Shown in pieces: positions 22,131 through 34,618 of a stretch of DNA of 64,000 nt (its first letter is position 1; each line of letters opens with the position of its first letter). This DNA comes from Octopus vulgaris (Eukaryota). A program made the translations under genes and the position numbers. The stretch covers positions 35,712,001 to 35,776,000 of the forward strand of contig OX597839.1 in the NCBI GenBank assembly GCA_951406725.2, given 5' to 3'. The notes under the pieces were generated by a model. That model was not told where the DNA came from and ran no database searches. It worked only from the letters and a program-made list of their open reading frames with translations.

Positions 22131-22617
22131 GGCCGAAATAATATCTTCACCACTTGACCCTTTCTAACCTCTATTATAGCCCCCTATTATACCTTTAACC
22201 TCTGGGCATGACACAAAGCCACATTCCTCAATACAGCATCCAACTCAGTTGAGGGATCTTTGTGTTGTAAGTTACCTGGTGACCTTACTGGCGCTGGGGC
22301 CACATAAAAAGCACCCAATACACTCTGTAAAGTGGTTAGCGTTAGGAAGGGCATCCAACCATGCCACAGCAGACAGTGGAGCTGGACATAGTCCTCTGAT
22401 ATGCCAGCGCCTGTCAAGCTGTCCAACCCATGCCAGCAAGGAAAACGGAGGTTAAACGATGTTACACACATACATGTGTTTGTCCCCACTGTGTTTAGCC
22501 CCCTGTGGGCAATAAAGGAATCTATATACTGTCATATTTCGGGATGGTTTCCCTCCCCGCCCTATATATTCGTTCTTCACTCATTTATTACTGTTCTTAT
22601 TTTATCTTATGTCCATT

Positions 22618-22660
22618 GTCCGGAAATTTTTCACCACATATCTGTGACCTCTTCAGCGAC
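22618..22660 (-). ncRNA. Minimal hammerhead-like motif with weakened stems
   Basis: Minus strand reads GUCG-CUGAAGA-G-GUCAC(AGAUAU)GUGGU-GAAA-AAUU-UC-CGGAC. Confidence 0.45.
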
Positions 22661-23203
22661 CCTTTCCGTACACGTGTGTCCTCCTGTGCCGCTCAGTCCA
22701 TTCTGTATATATATGGTTTTAATGTGGTTTTAGAGTCAAGTTCTGGTTGCTATTTCCAGCATGGTGGTATCTCTTAGATACCCTAAATTATAATTTTAAT
22801 GATAATTATTACCTTTGAAGGTTTTTATTCCTATGCTGGCCACCTGATAAGATCAATATTTAAATAATGATCTTATCCTATTTATATAAATTTATATTTA
22901 TATATATATATGTGTAATCAAAATAAGCAACAAGGATATTTTGATTATAATCACACCATTTCAAATTATATGGATAATACCATACCAAATTCTGGTACCT
23001 TTAACTTAAGTACCATATTCAACTGAATCTTAATTTTTACTGAACTTATATATATATATATGTGTGTGTGGATTGTTTTCAAGTATTTTGGTTTCTCTGG
23101 GAGTCCCTTTTTAAAGTAGAAGAAATAGCTAAGGTTTTTTGGCTGCTATTTCTAAACTTCGGTATGTGGTAAAGCAAATCTGTGCTGAATCCTAATTATT
23201 AAG

Positions 23204-23255
<52 letters not shown>

Positions 23256-23325
23256 ACTCGGGGCACCGATATTTTAAAGGTGGTGCTCCAGCATGGCCGC
23301 AGTCCAACGACTGAAACAAGTAAAA

Positions 23326-23362
<37 letters not shown>

Positions 23363-23459
23363 CAGTTAATTTACATATAATTCTGTGTCTATACACGTAT
23401 AATATAAATTTTAAGATAACGATAACTTATATAATCGTTTAATTATTCAATATCGATTC

Positions 23460-23640
23460 ACAGAAGTGACTAACGGAGGCAGATACACGTTTAGGTGCGA
23501 ATCAATGTGAAAGTACGAAAAAAAAAAAAGATTTGACATAACCCGGAAGTGATTAATAGCAGCCAACCAGCCAGCCAGCCAGCCAAACCAACACGCCAAG
23601 CCGGCCAGCCAGCCTGCCTTCTTTCAAACGAAATACTTCA
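23460..23640 (+). promoter_or_regulatory. Probable APPBP2 promoter region
   Basis: Locally CpG-richer unique DNA; ETS-type CCGGAAGTG at 23543-23551; YY1/Kozak-like AAGATGGCG at the start codon. Confidence 0.5.
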
Positions 23641-23855
23641 CAGTTTTTTTTTTTGACACCGAATACGTAAAAGGAAAACATAATTAAAGATAAATAGAAG
23701 AACGAATTCATAAAAAATAACCAAAAATGAAAATTAAATAAAAAAAAAAAAAGAAAAAGCAAGCAAATAAATAAATAAACAAACAAATGAAGGAATAATA
23801 AAAAAGTAAACAAATAAAGAAACAAATGAATTTCCGTCTCCCGTCACCGAACAAG

Positions 23856-23996
23856 ATGGCGTCGGCTTGTGTGTTGCAGTGGGCTCCCGACTCTTTGTAC
23901 AACACAGCCATTTCTGCGACCGTTGCCAACTACAGTGTGTTCAGGAAGGACATTCAAAACCTGACGGAGAGTGTGCAGTTTGATATATTCTACAAG
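23856..23996 (+). CDS. APPBP2: APPBP2 (PAT1; TPR-containing CRL2 substrate receptor) exon 1
   Basis: MASACVLQWAPDSLYNTAISA...VQFDIFYK|gtag, similar to the vertebrate N-terminus (W.PE.LYNTAISA..QFD.YYK). Confidence 0.93.
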
Positions 23997-24039
23997 GTAG
24001 ACATGTTTCGCCTCCAGCTTTGCAAAACACGACGTACAT

Positions 24040-24086
24040 CCACGCACACACACACACACACACATATATGTATATATACATACATG

Positions 24087-24117
<31 letters not shown>

Positions 24118-24251
24118 TGTGTATATATTTTTCCTCTGATCAATATATATATCTATATATACACATATAATATCTATCTATTGATGCGATATTATTAAAT
24201 ACTCATACATTTTGAAATTTTGCTTCACGAGGTTGTAGATTCATTGACAAG

Positions 24252-24286
<35 letters not shown>

Positions 24287-24411
24287 ATATGGATGTGTAT
24301 AATGTTCGTTGGTGTATATGTATGTATGTGTGTCTGTGTATTTTTGCATGCATTCATGTATAACGATACACTTGCATGAATTCTTGCGGTTGTTCCGTAT
24401 CTGCATCGGTA

Positions 24412-24487
<76 letters not shown>

Positions 24488-24662
24488 AACAAAATAAAAC
24501 ATATGCATATATACATACATATATGTACGTACCGACATCTATATGTATATATATATATCCACTTCCAAGTAACTTTAATATATATATATATGTGTGTGTG
24601 TGTGTATGTGTATATATATACATTTGTGTGTGTGTGTGTATGTATATATATATATATACATT

Positions 24663-24695
<33 letters not shown>

Positions 24696-24764
24696 TTGTA
24701 GATGTGTGTATATATATATATTTATAGATGTGTGTGTATATATATATATATTTGTAGATGTGTG

Positions 24765-24801
<37 letters not shown>

Positions 24802-25040
24802 ATATGTGTATATATATGTGTGTGTGTGTGTATATATGTGTATATATATGTGTGTGTGTGTGTATATATGTGTAAATATATGTGTGTGTGTGTGTATATA
24901 TGTGTAAATATCTGTGTGTATATATGTGTAAATATCTATGTGTGTGTATATATGTGTATATATATGTGTGTGTGTGTGTCTGCATGTATGTTCATATATA
25001 TTGTCGTGGATGCTTAGGTGTGTATGTTTATATATATATC
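24040..25040. repeat. Compound (TA)n/(TG)n/(CA)n microsatellite field
   Basis: Directly visible. Confidence 0.95.
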
Positions 25041-27759
25041 AGTTCCATCCCTGATTTGCTTCTGTGACAAATATTGTAAATTTTATCAATTTAGTTAGTG
25101 ACTATCATAAACATACAATGTCTCCCCCCCTCTTCACACACACCTTCTCGATTTTATTTATAGCATGAATGAATTTATGCGAATATCAAATATTCTATAT
25201 ATCATTTGCAAATATCCATTTAAACTACACCTGTGTAATAATGCATGTGGATTATACACCTATGTATATATGTACATTAGTCAACCGTTTATATTGAGTA
25301 TACACCCTATATGTAAGCTTGAATATAATTGGTATATGTATATACTTACTTATATATATATATATACACTTATATATAAATGTGTGTGTGTGTGTGGTCT
25401 ATATATAAACATCGAATACTTTAGGAATCAGCCTCTATAGAAAGAACTTAGATGATAGTTGATCCTTAAGATGGATATATAACCTACGTATTATACACAC
25501 ACACACACACAGGTGTGCTTCGATAAGTATTTTACCTGTTTATAATAATAATAATCACGTACAAGTTTACCTTTAACAAGGCGTGTTGTGTTTGTCGCAC
25601 ATAAAGATTGTAGGTGTGTATGTGTGTATATATATATATATATGTGTGTATATATATAATGTGCATTGTTGATTTATTTATACCTTGTGTTTGTGTCAAA
25701 AACCCCTTATTAGGAAACGGCTGTATGGGAATTTGTTGTATACACTCACAGGTGTACGTTATACACCCATGTGTATATGCCTGAGTAATATTAACGTGTA
25801 CGTTGGCAACAAATCTCCGCCAGTATACTACGAGTCCCATGGATCGGTTTGTACCAAGGCAGCCAAGTATTTCGAGTAGAAATAAGTTTGTATATTTTTA
25901 TATGTCGCACCGTGTGTGTGTGTTCTTTAGGCTGTTTGTGGGTCTCTCCCGAACCATTTTTTATTTCTTGTATATGCTCCGTTTGAAACAAAACAGTCGT
26001 AGTTTTCTGTCTCCGTCTCCACCTATTTCTCCATGTATCGTTCATTTCCCGGCATTCTTTCGGCGTGCCCCTCAGAAGCGTCAAAATTCATTGACGTTTC
26101 TGAGAGGCATACCCAAACAATGCCTCTTTCCCTCTCTGGTCGATAAATTCCATCTCAATCTCCCGATTCTTCAGCATGCCATTCTCATATTTCATTGCCT
26201 TCCCCCACCTTCTCTCTGGAGCCTTGGCACAGTGGTGTTACTTTTGATGGTGGAATGTGTACCGCCCCAGGTAACAGTTGAGTTCCCCCTCTCTGGGGGC
26301 CCCTCATCATCATCATCGTTTAACGTCCGCTTTCCATGCTAGCATGGGTTGGACGGTTCAACTGGGGTCTGGGAAGCCAGAAGGCTGCACCAGGACCAGT
26401 CTGATCTGGCAGTGTTTCTACAGCTGGATGCCCTTCCTAACACCAACCACTCTGAGAGTGTAGTGGGTGCTTTTTACGTGCCACCGGCACAGGTGCCAGA
26501 TGAGGCTGACAAACGGCTACGGTCGGATGGTGCTTTTTACATGCCACCAGCTCGGAGACCAAACTTATAGGGCAAACCTAAAAGTGCTGGCCCATAAAAA
26601 CGTCACCATGCTACTACCTTTGCATCCATTTCTTGGCATGCTAGATATCGCAGCGAAATCTCCCTCAGTATACCAAAGATAATAAGTGGGGTGGGAGGAA
26701 CGTTCGATAATGTAGTTAGATGCTTGATGCTTAAATTATAGATGTGGTGGACATGGCTGGCAGACCACCTTTTATCACAACTCTGCTCAATCCCTACAGA
26801 CCAATTGGGGTAGGGGTAGACAACATCAAAAACATCCCTCTTCTTTTCCATCTGCAACTCACAACTTGAAGGGGATTGAAACTACATACGGAATAATATT
26901 GCCTGGCAAACTACCAACTTAGCCATCTTGTGCTTCTTGAAGAAGAAGAAAAAAAAAATCAATAATTTCTTAAATTGATACCAGAACATCAATTTCATCA
27001 TCTTCATCTTCATGTCTGTTTTCCATGTTAGCATGGGTTGGACAGTTCAACTGGGGTCTGGGATGCTAGGAGGCTGCACCAGGCTCCAGTCTGATCTGGC
27101 AGTGTTTCTACAGCTGATACCCTTCCTAACGCCAACCATTTTGTGAGTGTAGTGGGTGCTTTTTACATGCCACTGGTACAGGTGCCAGGGGAGGCTGGCA
27201 TCGGCCACATTTGGATGTTGACTTTTATGTGCCACCGGCACGGGTATCATAACTACAAATTTCCATTTGATTTTTATTTTGATGTTGATGTACTTGACTC
27301 AATAGGTCTCCTCAAGCACAGCAGGTCACCTTACGATCCAAGCTACTTTAAATGGGCTGGGGTTGGTTGTGTGAAGCTGGTGTAGGATACAGCCATGAAC
27401 TCACTTTATTAACCCTGGTGGGGTAAAAATAAAGTTGAAGAGAGTCATGAAGCACCTGGAATGTATTAGAATTTGAACTGGCACAGGATAAGCTTGTTTC
27501 CCAGGGTTCAGTGCTTTTGGTTTCAGTCCCACTGCGTGGTACTTTGGGCAAGTGTCTTCTACTGTAGCCCCTCTATGAACAAAATCATCTTGAGTGGATT
27601 TTGTAAATGGAAACTGTTTGCATGGGTTGGACAGTTCAACATGAACTAACAAGCCCATGCCAAGCTCCAGTCTCTGTTTTGGCATGGGTTCACCTGCTGG
27701 AGGACCTTAACACCAAACCACTTTACAGGGGCCACTGGTTTGATTACCCAAGTTTTAAC

Positions 27760-28450
27760 ATCATCTCCTTTGCTATAGTCACACTGCACAGCAATACATC
27801 GGTCCCCGCATTGCTGCCAGTTTTGGAATTTGACCCAGAAGTAATTTTCTGTCAGCAGGTTGAGGACTTTGTGCAATTCACTCTGGATCTTGACAATGGT
27901 ATTAAAACGGCAACCTTTGAGCTGCATCTTCATCTTGGGGGAAGAGATGGAAGTCTGCAGGGGCTGAATCTGGTGGATAGGGTGGGTGTGGAAGTGATAC
28001 CATGATGTTTTTGGCGAGAGACTCACGAGTGAGGAGAACTCTGAAGAATCCAATTTTTTGCACTCCACAGACCCAGTCACTTTCGCTGAATGTCCTCTCT
28101 CAAATGCTTCAAAATGTCACAGTAGAACCCTCGATTGATGGTCTGGCCCCGGGGGAATGAATTCTCAATGCACAACACCACATTTCCTGGGTGATGCTCA
28201 TGGCAGGTCCTCCAGTTCGCTCATCATCTTCCAGGGATGTTCTTCAGCTTTTGAAGCACCCATACCACTCGAAGCATTGTGTATGACCCATTGCCTTGTC
28301 ACCGTAAGCTTCTCAAAGCATTGTGTATGACCCATTGCCTTGTCACCGTAAGCTTCTCGAAGCATGCTCAATGTCTCTGTAGCAGATCTCCCAAGTTTAA
28401 TGCAAAATTTCATGTTGGTCCTTTGTTCCTGTTCATAACAAAAATCACAG
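27760..28450 (-). mobile_element. Internally deleted, frameshifted mariner transposase relic
   Basis: EQRTNMKFCIKLGRSATETLSMLREAYGD (HTH region) and PKMKMQLKGCRF...WQQCGDRCIAVQCDY (C-terminus); 43-bp internal duplication at ~28272-28358. Confidence 0.8.
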
Positions 28451-30678
28451 ACTACAGCATAGATGTGATGACAAGAACACAAATTTCACAACTTCACTGG
28501 TGCCAGCAGCATAAAACAAAAGGAAAAAGCACCCAGTACACTCTGTAAAGGGGTTGATATTAAGAATGGCATCCAAACGTAGAAACCAAGCCAAAAGCTG
28601 ACATCGGAGCTCAAAGCAGCCCTGATGTTTGCTGGATCCGGTGGAAACATCCAATCTGTGTCAGTACAAAAAAATGGAAGTAGGATTAGGATGTTGGTGA
28701 ATATGAGTAGAGTGTGCATACATCCATGACTGTCAGTCTTTCACAACAAAATCCTTGCCCGGGCCTGCAGCTACAGGTTCAATCCTGACTGGTCTTTAGG
28801 AAATGTCTTTCTTCACTATTTATTTATTCCCATTTGGATCTCTGTTTTATCGAGACCAAAATATGAATGAAGCATGGCTGTGTGGTAAGAAGCTTACTTC
28901 CCAAGCACGCGGTTCTGGGTTCAGTCCACTGCATGACACCTTGGCCAAGTGTCTTCTACTATAGCCTTGTGCTGACCAAAGCAGTGTGAGTGGATTTGAT
29001 ATACGGAAACTGAAAGAAGCCTGTCATATGTGTGTGTGTTTGTCCCTCAGTATCTCTTGACAAGTGGTATGTTGATGTCCCTGTAACTTAGCAGTTTGGC
29101 AAAAAGAGACTGATGGACCAAGTTTCAGGCTTGACGAAAGATCATTACCGGGATCAGTTCATTCAACTTTAAACTTCTTGAAGGTTTTGCCCCAGCATGG
29201 CCAAGGCTCTGATGAATGAAACAAGTAAAAGATGAAGGAGTGTATTATTTAGTGCGGGGGCAGTCTCTTGTAAGGTATATCCCTGCTGGAGTCATGGAAT
29301 ATTTTGTTAGGGTCTAACCCCTAAGTGGTCCCTGATTCAGCAAATCTCTTGATCAAAGCGTTGGGATGCTGCTGTCTTTCAGCAAAGTTGCTTCATCATT
29401 TCCTTTGAGAGAACATTCCTCCATTTCACGTCCAACTAGAATTTATGTGTTTTCATGCTTATTTGGGTGCAGGAGTGGCTGTGTGGTAAGAAGTTTGCTT
29501 CCCAACCACATGGTTCCAGGTTCAGTCCCACTGCATGGTACTTTGCGAAAGTGTCTTGTACTATAGCCTTGGGCCGACTGAAGTCTTGTGAGTGGATTTG
29601 GTAGACAGAAACTGAAAGAGCTGGCAAGCTGGCAAAAACGTTAGCATGCCGGGCGAAATGCTTAGTGGTATTTTGTCTACCGCTATGTTCTGAGTTCAAA
29701 TTTCGCCGAGGTTGACTTTGCCTTTCATCCTTTCGGGATCGATTAAATAAGTACCTATTTCTTTATTACCCACAAGGGGACAAACAAGGACAGACGTAGG
29801 TATTAAGTCGATTAAATCGACCCCAGTGCGTAACTGGTACTTAATTTATCGACCCCGAAAGGATGAAAGGCAAAGTCGACCTCGGCGGAATTTGAACTCA
29901 GAACGTAGCAGCAGACAAAATACCGCTCAGCATTTCGCCCAGTGTGCTAACGTTTCTGCCAGCTCGCCACCTTTCGGGGGTCGATTAAATAAGTACCAGT
30001 TACGCATTGGGGTCAATATAATCAACTTAATCTCTCCCTCTCTCTCTCTCTTTCTATTTTCCCCTTCCTCTCCCATTCTCCTTTCATTTGTAGTGCCTCT
30101 CTCTCTCCTTAGGCTCTTTAGCCATGCAAGCTGCAAGGGTAACCTTACTGGCACTGGTGACACAAAAAACAGCACCCGGTACACTTCTGTAAAGTGGTCA
30201 GTCTTAGAAAGTGCACCCATCCCCGGAAACCCTGCCAAAACTGAGACACCGAAGCCTGATGCAATCTCCTGACTCATCGGATCCTGTTAAATGAACCAAC
30301 CCTGCTTAGAATGGAAAGCTGATGTCAAAATGATGATGGTGGTGATGATCTCATTTATTATAGGATAAAGGGATTAACATTGTTGTTATTTTTGTTTTTG
30401 CTGTTTCCTTTCTCATTTTATGTTATTTTTCAGTTTTCAGTCGTTTTTTTCTGCTCCACACTAAACTTTCATACATTGGTTTCTGTTTAAACTCTGTGTA
30501 TTGTCTTCAATGTATTTATTCTTGGGAGGTCTTTACTCCTTTTATTTCCATAATTCTGTTGAAATACGCTGTTCTGATTTCAATTCATTTCCAAACTGAC
30601 AAAGAAGTCAGTAAAATAACTTTGGCATTTTTAAAGCTGGCGTTTGGAACATGTATTTATGTTCTTCTTTCTTTTATT

Positions 30679-31085
30679 CTTTTACTTGTTTCAGTCATTT
30701 GACTGCGGCCATGCTGGAGCACCGCCTTTAGTCGAGCAAATCGACCCCCAAAACTTATTCTTTGTAAGCCCAGTACTTATTCTATCGGTCTCGTTTGCCA
30801 AACCGCTAAGTAACGGGGACATAAACACACCAGCATCGGTTGTCAAGCAATGCTAGGGGGACAAACACAGACACACAAACACACACACGCATATATATAT
30901 ATATATATATATACATATATACGACGGGCTTCTTTCAGTTTTCGTCTACCAAATCCACTCACAAAGCATTGGTCAGCCCGAGGCTATAGTAGAAGACACT
31001 TGCCTAAGGTGCCACGCAGTGGGACTGAACCCGTAACCATGTGGTTGGTTAGCAAGCTACTTACCACACAGCCACTCCTGCGCCT
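30679..31085 (-). mobile_element. Full-length tRNA-derived SINE family B
   Basis: Minus strand GGCGCAGGAGTGGCTGTGTGGT..GGTTCAGTCCC..GGCAAGTG body, central (TA/TG)n, ..GACTGAAACAAGTAAAAGA end. Confidence 0.8.
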
Positions 31086-32452
31086 ATTGTATGTATATTA
31101 CACAAAAAATTCTTATATACACACGCTGACATAGAACCAACGTTGAACCCTTTATTCGCAATGTATGTATCATCATCATCATCATCATTTAACGTCTGCT
31201 TTCCATGCTAGCATGGGTTGGACAGTTTGACTGAGGGCTGGCAAGCCAGAAGACTGCACCAGGCTCCAATCTTGATCTGGCAGAGTTTCTACAGCTGGAT
31301 GCCCTTCCTAACGCCAACCACTCCGAGAGTGTAGTGGGTGCTTTTACGTACCACCAGCACAAGGGCCAGTCAGGTGGTATTGGCAATGGCCACACCCAAA
31401 TGGTGCTTTTTTATGTGCCACCTGCACACCAGCACAAGTGCCAGTAAGACGACGTTTGTGTGAACATCTGTTTGTTTGTCTCTTCTTGTCCTGATGTCTC
31501 ACTGCAGCTGTAAATGATTGTCCCTGTCATACAAGCAGTGTCGTTCCTTTCCAGTATTCTAAGAAAACATGCCCGGCCATGGGGCAGTATTACTTTGCCT
31601 GAAAGCAGGCGAAGGTTGGCAAGAGGAAGAGTATCTGGCTACATAAGATCTGCCTCAACAAACTTTGTCTGACCCATGAAAGCATGGGAAACTGTACACT
31701 CACACCTACATACATCATCATCATCATCGTTTAACATCCGCTTTCCATGCTGGCATGGGTTGGACGATTTGACTAAGGACTGGCGAACCAGATTGCTGCA
31801 CCAGGCTCCAATCTGATCTGGCAGAGTTTCTAGGCTCCACTGGTTGCACCAGGCTCCATATACACATATGTAAATGTACACCTATATACTTACACACACA
31901 CACATGTCATCATCATCATCATTTAACCCTTTCAGTACCGACCCAGCTGAAACTGCCTCTGGCTCTGAGTACAAATGTCTTGTTTCCATAAGTTTTGAAT
32001 TAAAATCTTCCACTAAACCTTAGTCACAATTTATGTTCCTAACACTAGCTTAATGATAACGAAGTTATTTTACTAAATTCTTTGTTATATTTAAAATCAA
32101 TTGAAAGAAACACAGACGAATGGGTTAATGTTTGTTTTCCATTCTGGCATAGATTGGATGGCTTGTCAAGAACTTGTAAAACCAGTCTGTTTTGGCTTGG
32201 TTTCTCCAGCTGGATGCCCTTCCTAACACCAACCACTTTACAGTGTGTACTGGGTGCTTTCTACATGGCACCAGCACGTGTCCTTTCTACACGGTACCAG
32301 CATGGGTTCTTTTCACGTGGCACCAGCTGTTTATATTTTTTTATCCCCTGTCAACCCAGGTTCAATTTCCAGTAGGATTCCCTTCACATATGTTGTTCAT
32401 GCCTTTCACAAAGATACAGATATGATATCTTTTTTCCTAAGAATTGTTATAT

Positions 32453-32817
32453 AGGCGTAGGAGTGGCTGTGTGGTAAGTAGCTTGTTTACCAACTACATG
32501 GTTCCGGGTTCAGTCCTACTACGTGGCACTTTGGGCAAGTGTCTTCTACTATAGCATCTGGTCGACCAAAGCCTTGTGAGTGGATTTGGTTGACGGAAAC
32601 TTCTTATATATGTATATATATATATGTTTGTGTGTCTGTGTTAGTCCCCCCAATATCGCTTGACAACCGATGCTGGTGTGTTTACGTCACCGTAACTTAG
32701 CAGTTCGGCAAAAGAGACCAATAGAATAAGTACTAGGCTTGCAAAGAATAAGTTCTGGGGTCAATATGCTCGACTAAAGGTGGTGCTCCAACAAGTGACT
32801 GAAACAAGTGAAAGAGT
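32453..32817 (+). mobile_element. Full-length SINE family B
   Basis: Same layout as 30679-31085, in opposite orientation. Confidence 0.8.
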
Positions 32818-33007
32818 ATATGATAGTATAAGAATGGCAAAAGTAGTGTAAGAAAGAATGAAATACCTTTTAGTGTTTACATTTGTTCTTCTATGCGCTT
32901 GATCCCAAGCTGATAGTCAATTCAGTCAGCCATAAATCTACCCCAAAATATGTAGGACCTTGTAAAAATTCATCAATATTCTTTTTCTTTTTCCTTTTTT
33001 CTCACAG

Positions 33008-33096
33008 CTTTATATGAAAGGAAATTTATATACGCTCGGAACGGATTTGGCAGAAATTGATAATTTTGCTAAAATATTAAAAGTCCTTGACAAAAG
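33008..33096 (+). CDS. APPBP2: APPBP2 exon 2
   Basis: cag|CTT...AG|gtaag; LYMKGNLYTLGTDLAEIDNFAKILKVLDK(R). Confidence 0.92.
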
Positions 33097-34014
33097 GTAA
33101 GTGTCTGGCTTATGTCTTAAGTCTTTTACCTGTCTATTATTACCTTATCCCCTTCTTGATCGTCCTTATTCTTTCATGGTTACACTTTGTTGCTTTGGTG
33201 CTGTTTTACAATCTTCCTTTTCTCCCTTGTCTCTGATCATTGTCATAATAAACACGAGGTTATCGTTTGATGTCTGCCTTTTCCTGCTTGCACAGGTCAA
33301 GCAGAGAATACTGAGGCAGAACTTCTAGAGGCGGATGCTCTTCCTGTTGCCAACCCCCATCTATTTCCAAGTAAGGTAATATTTCCTCAGGACCAGACAT
33401 ATTTTTCTCATGGAAGACTGGGAACAAACAACCTCGCTTGTATGACAGGGATGTTCATTTACAATCCTCATGAGATGTCTAGACAAGGACAGACACACAC
33501 AAACACACACACATATACAGGGACGCACACGGACATGCACACACACACACACACACACACACACAACGGCCTTCTTTCTGTTTCCTGTTTACCAAATCTA
33601 CTCACAAGGCAATTGCCCCAAGAGCCAGGAAAGAAGTGCTCAGTTTCTAGTAACTGGGCCCATGCCTATAAAGCCAATCTAATTTGACTGTACAGGTCAC
33701 ATATTTGTGGTCTGTGTAGTCGACTGCTTAATTACAAACAACCCATGCTACCCTTACCCGCTTCCCTGCTCGATGCGATTTTGATGACCCCAATGCAGTT
33801 TGATATTGGGTCATTCGAGAAATCCAGTCGATGATGTCAAATTGTTGGAACCATCATTTGTTAGGCTTTTTTTGCACCATCCTCCCATGTCTGTTAAACA
33901 CACAGAAGAGCTTCCACACCCCTGAAGAAATCTGGTCGTCCTACCCCCACAAGGGCAGCCATTTGGTGGGGAATAAGTTGATTACATTGACCCCCTGTGT
34001 TTCACAGTGACCTG

Positions 34015-34046
<32 letters not shown>

Positions 34047-34618
34047 TGCAGTACCAGGCAGTGGCTCTCGTGGCTTCTGATCTTAACTGATTGGAAGTGT
34101 TATCATGTACATTGTTTTGTCTTGGTATAAAAGATGGCCTACAGCAAATATTCTGCTCAATACGACAGATTTTCATGTCAGTTTTTTGACCATAACCAGT
34201 TGACCATGTCCCTTAGTGGCTGATGATATGTGCATCTATGATCATGAGCAGAAGTAGTGGGGGAGCATCATAGCCACGTGTTGAGAGGGATTCTTTGGGG
34301 TTTGAATAATTCACCTCTGGAAACATGGGTGTTTCATTCAACATCCTTAAACAACCCTTATTCAGGGACCTTTTGAGCAGGATGGGTTACTCGACCAGAA
34401 GAAAATTCTAACTGGGCCCCACCTGCAAGGTCATGTGCTGTTTATCTTGATATGAAGATCACCATGTCTCGCACATATGGTTGTGATGCATGTTCCTAGT
34501 GTACCCTTATGAGACGGGTAGTCATGATGGGTATACTGGGCTTCGTATATTTTACCCCAGTGTCACTTTGATCGGATGCACTGCTCTTTCACTCAATAAT
34601 AATAATAATAATAATAAA
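34047..34618 (+). mobile_element. Non-coding retroelement 3' segment embedded in (AAT)n
   Basis: (AAT)n on both sides; partial relatives at ~45010-45170 and ~48505-48590. Confidence 0.55.
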
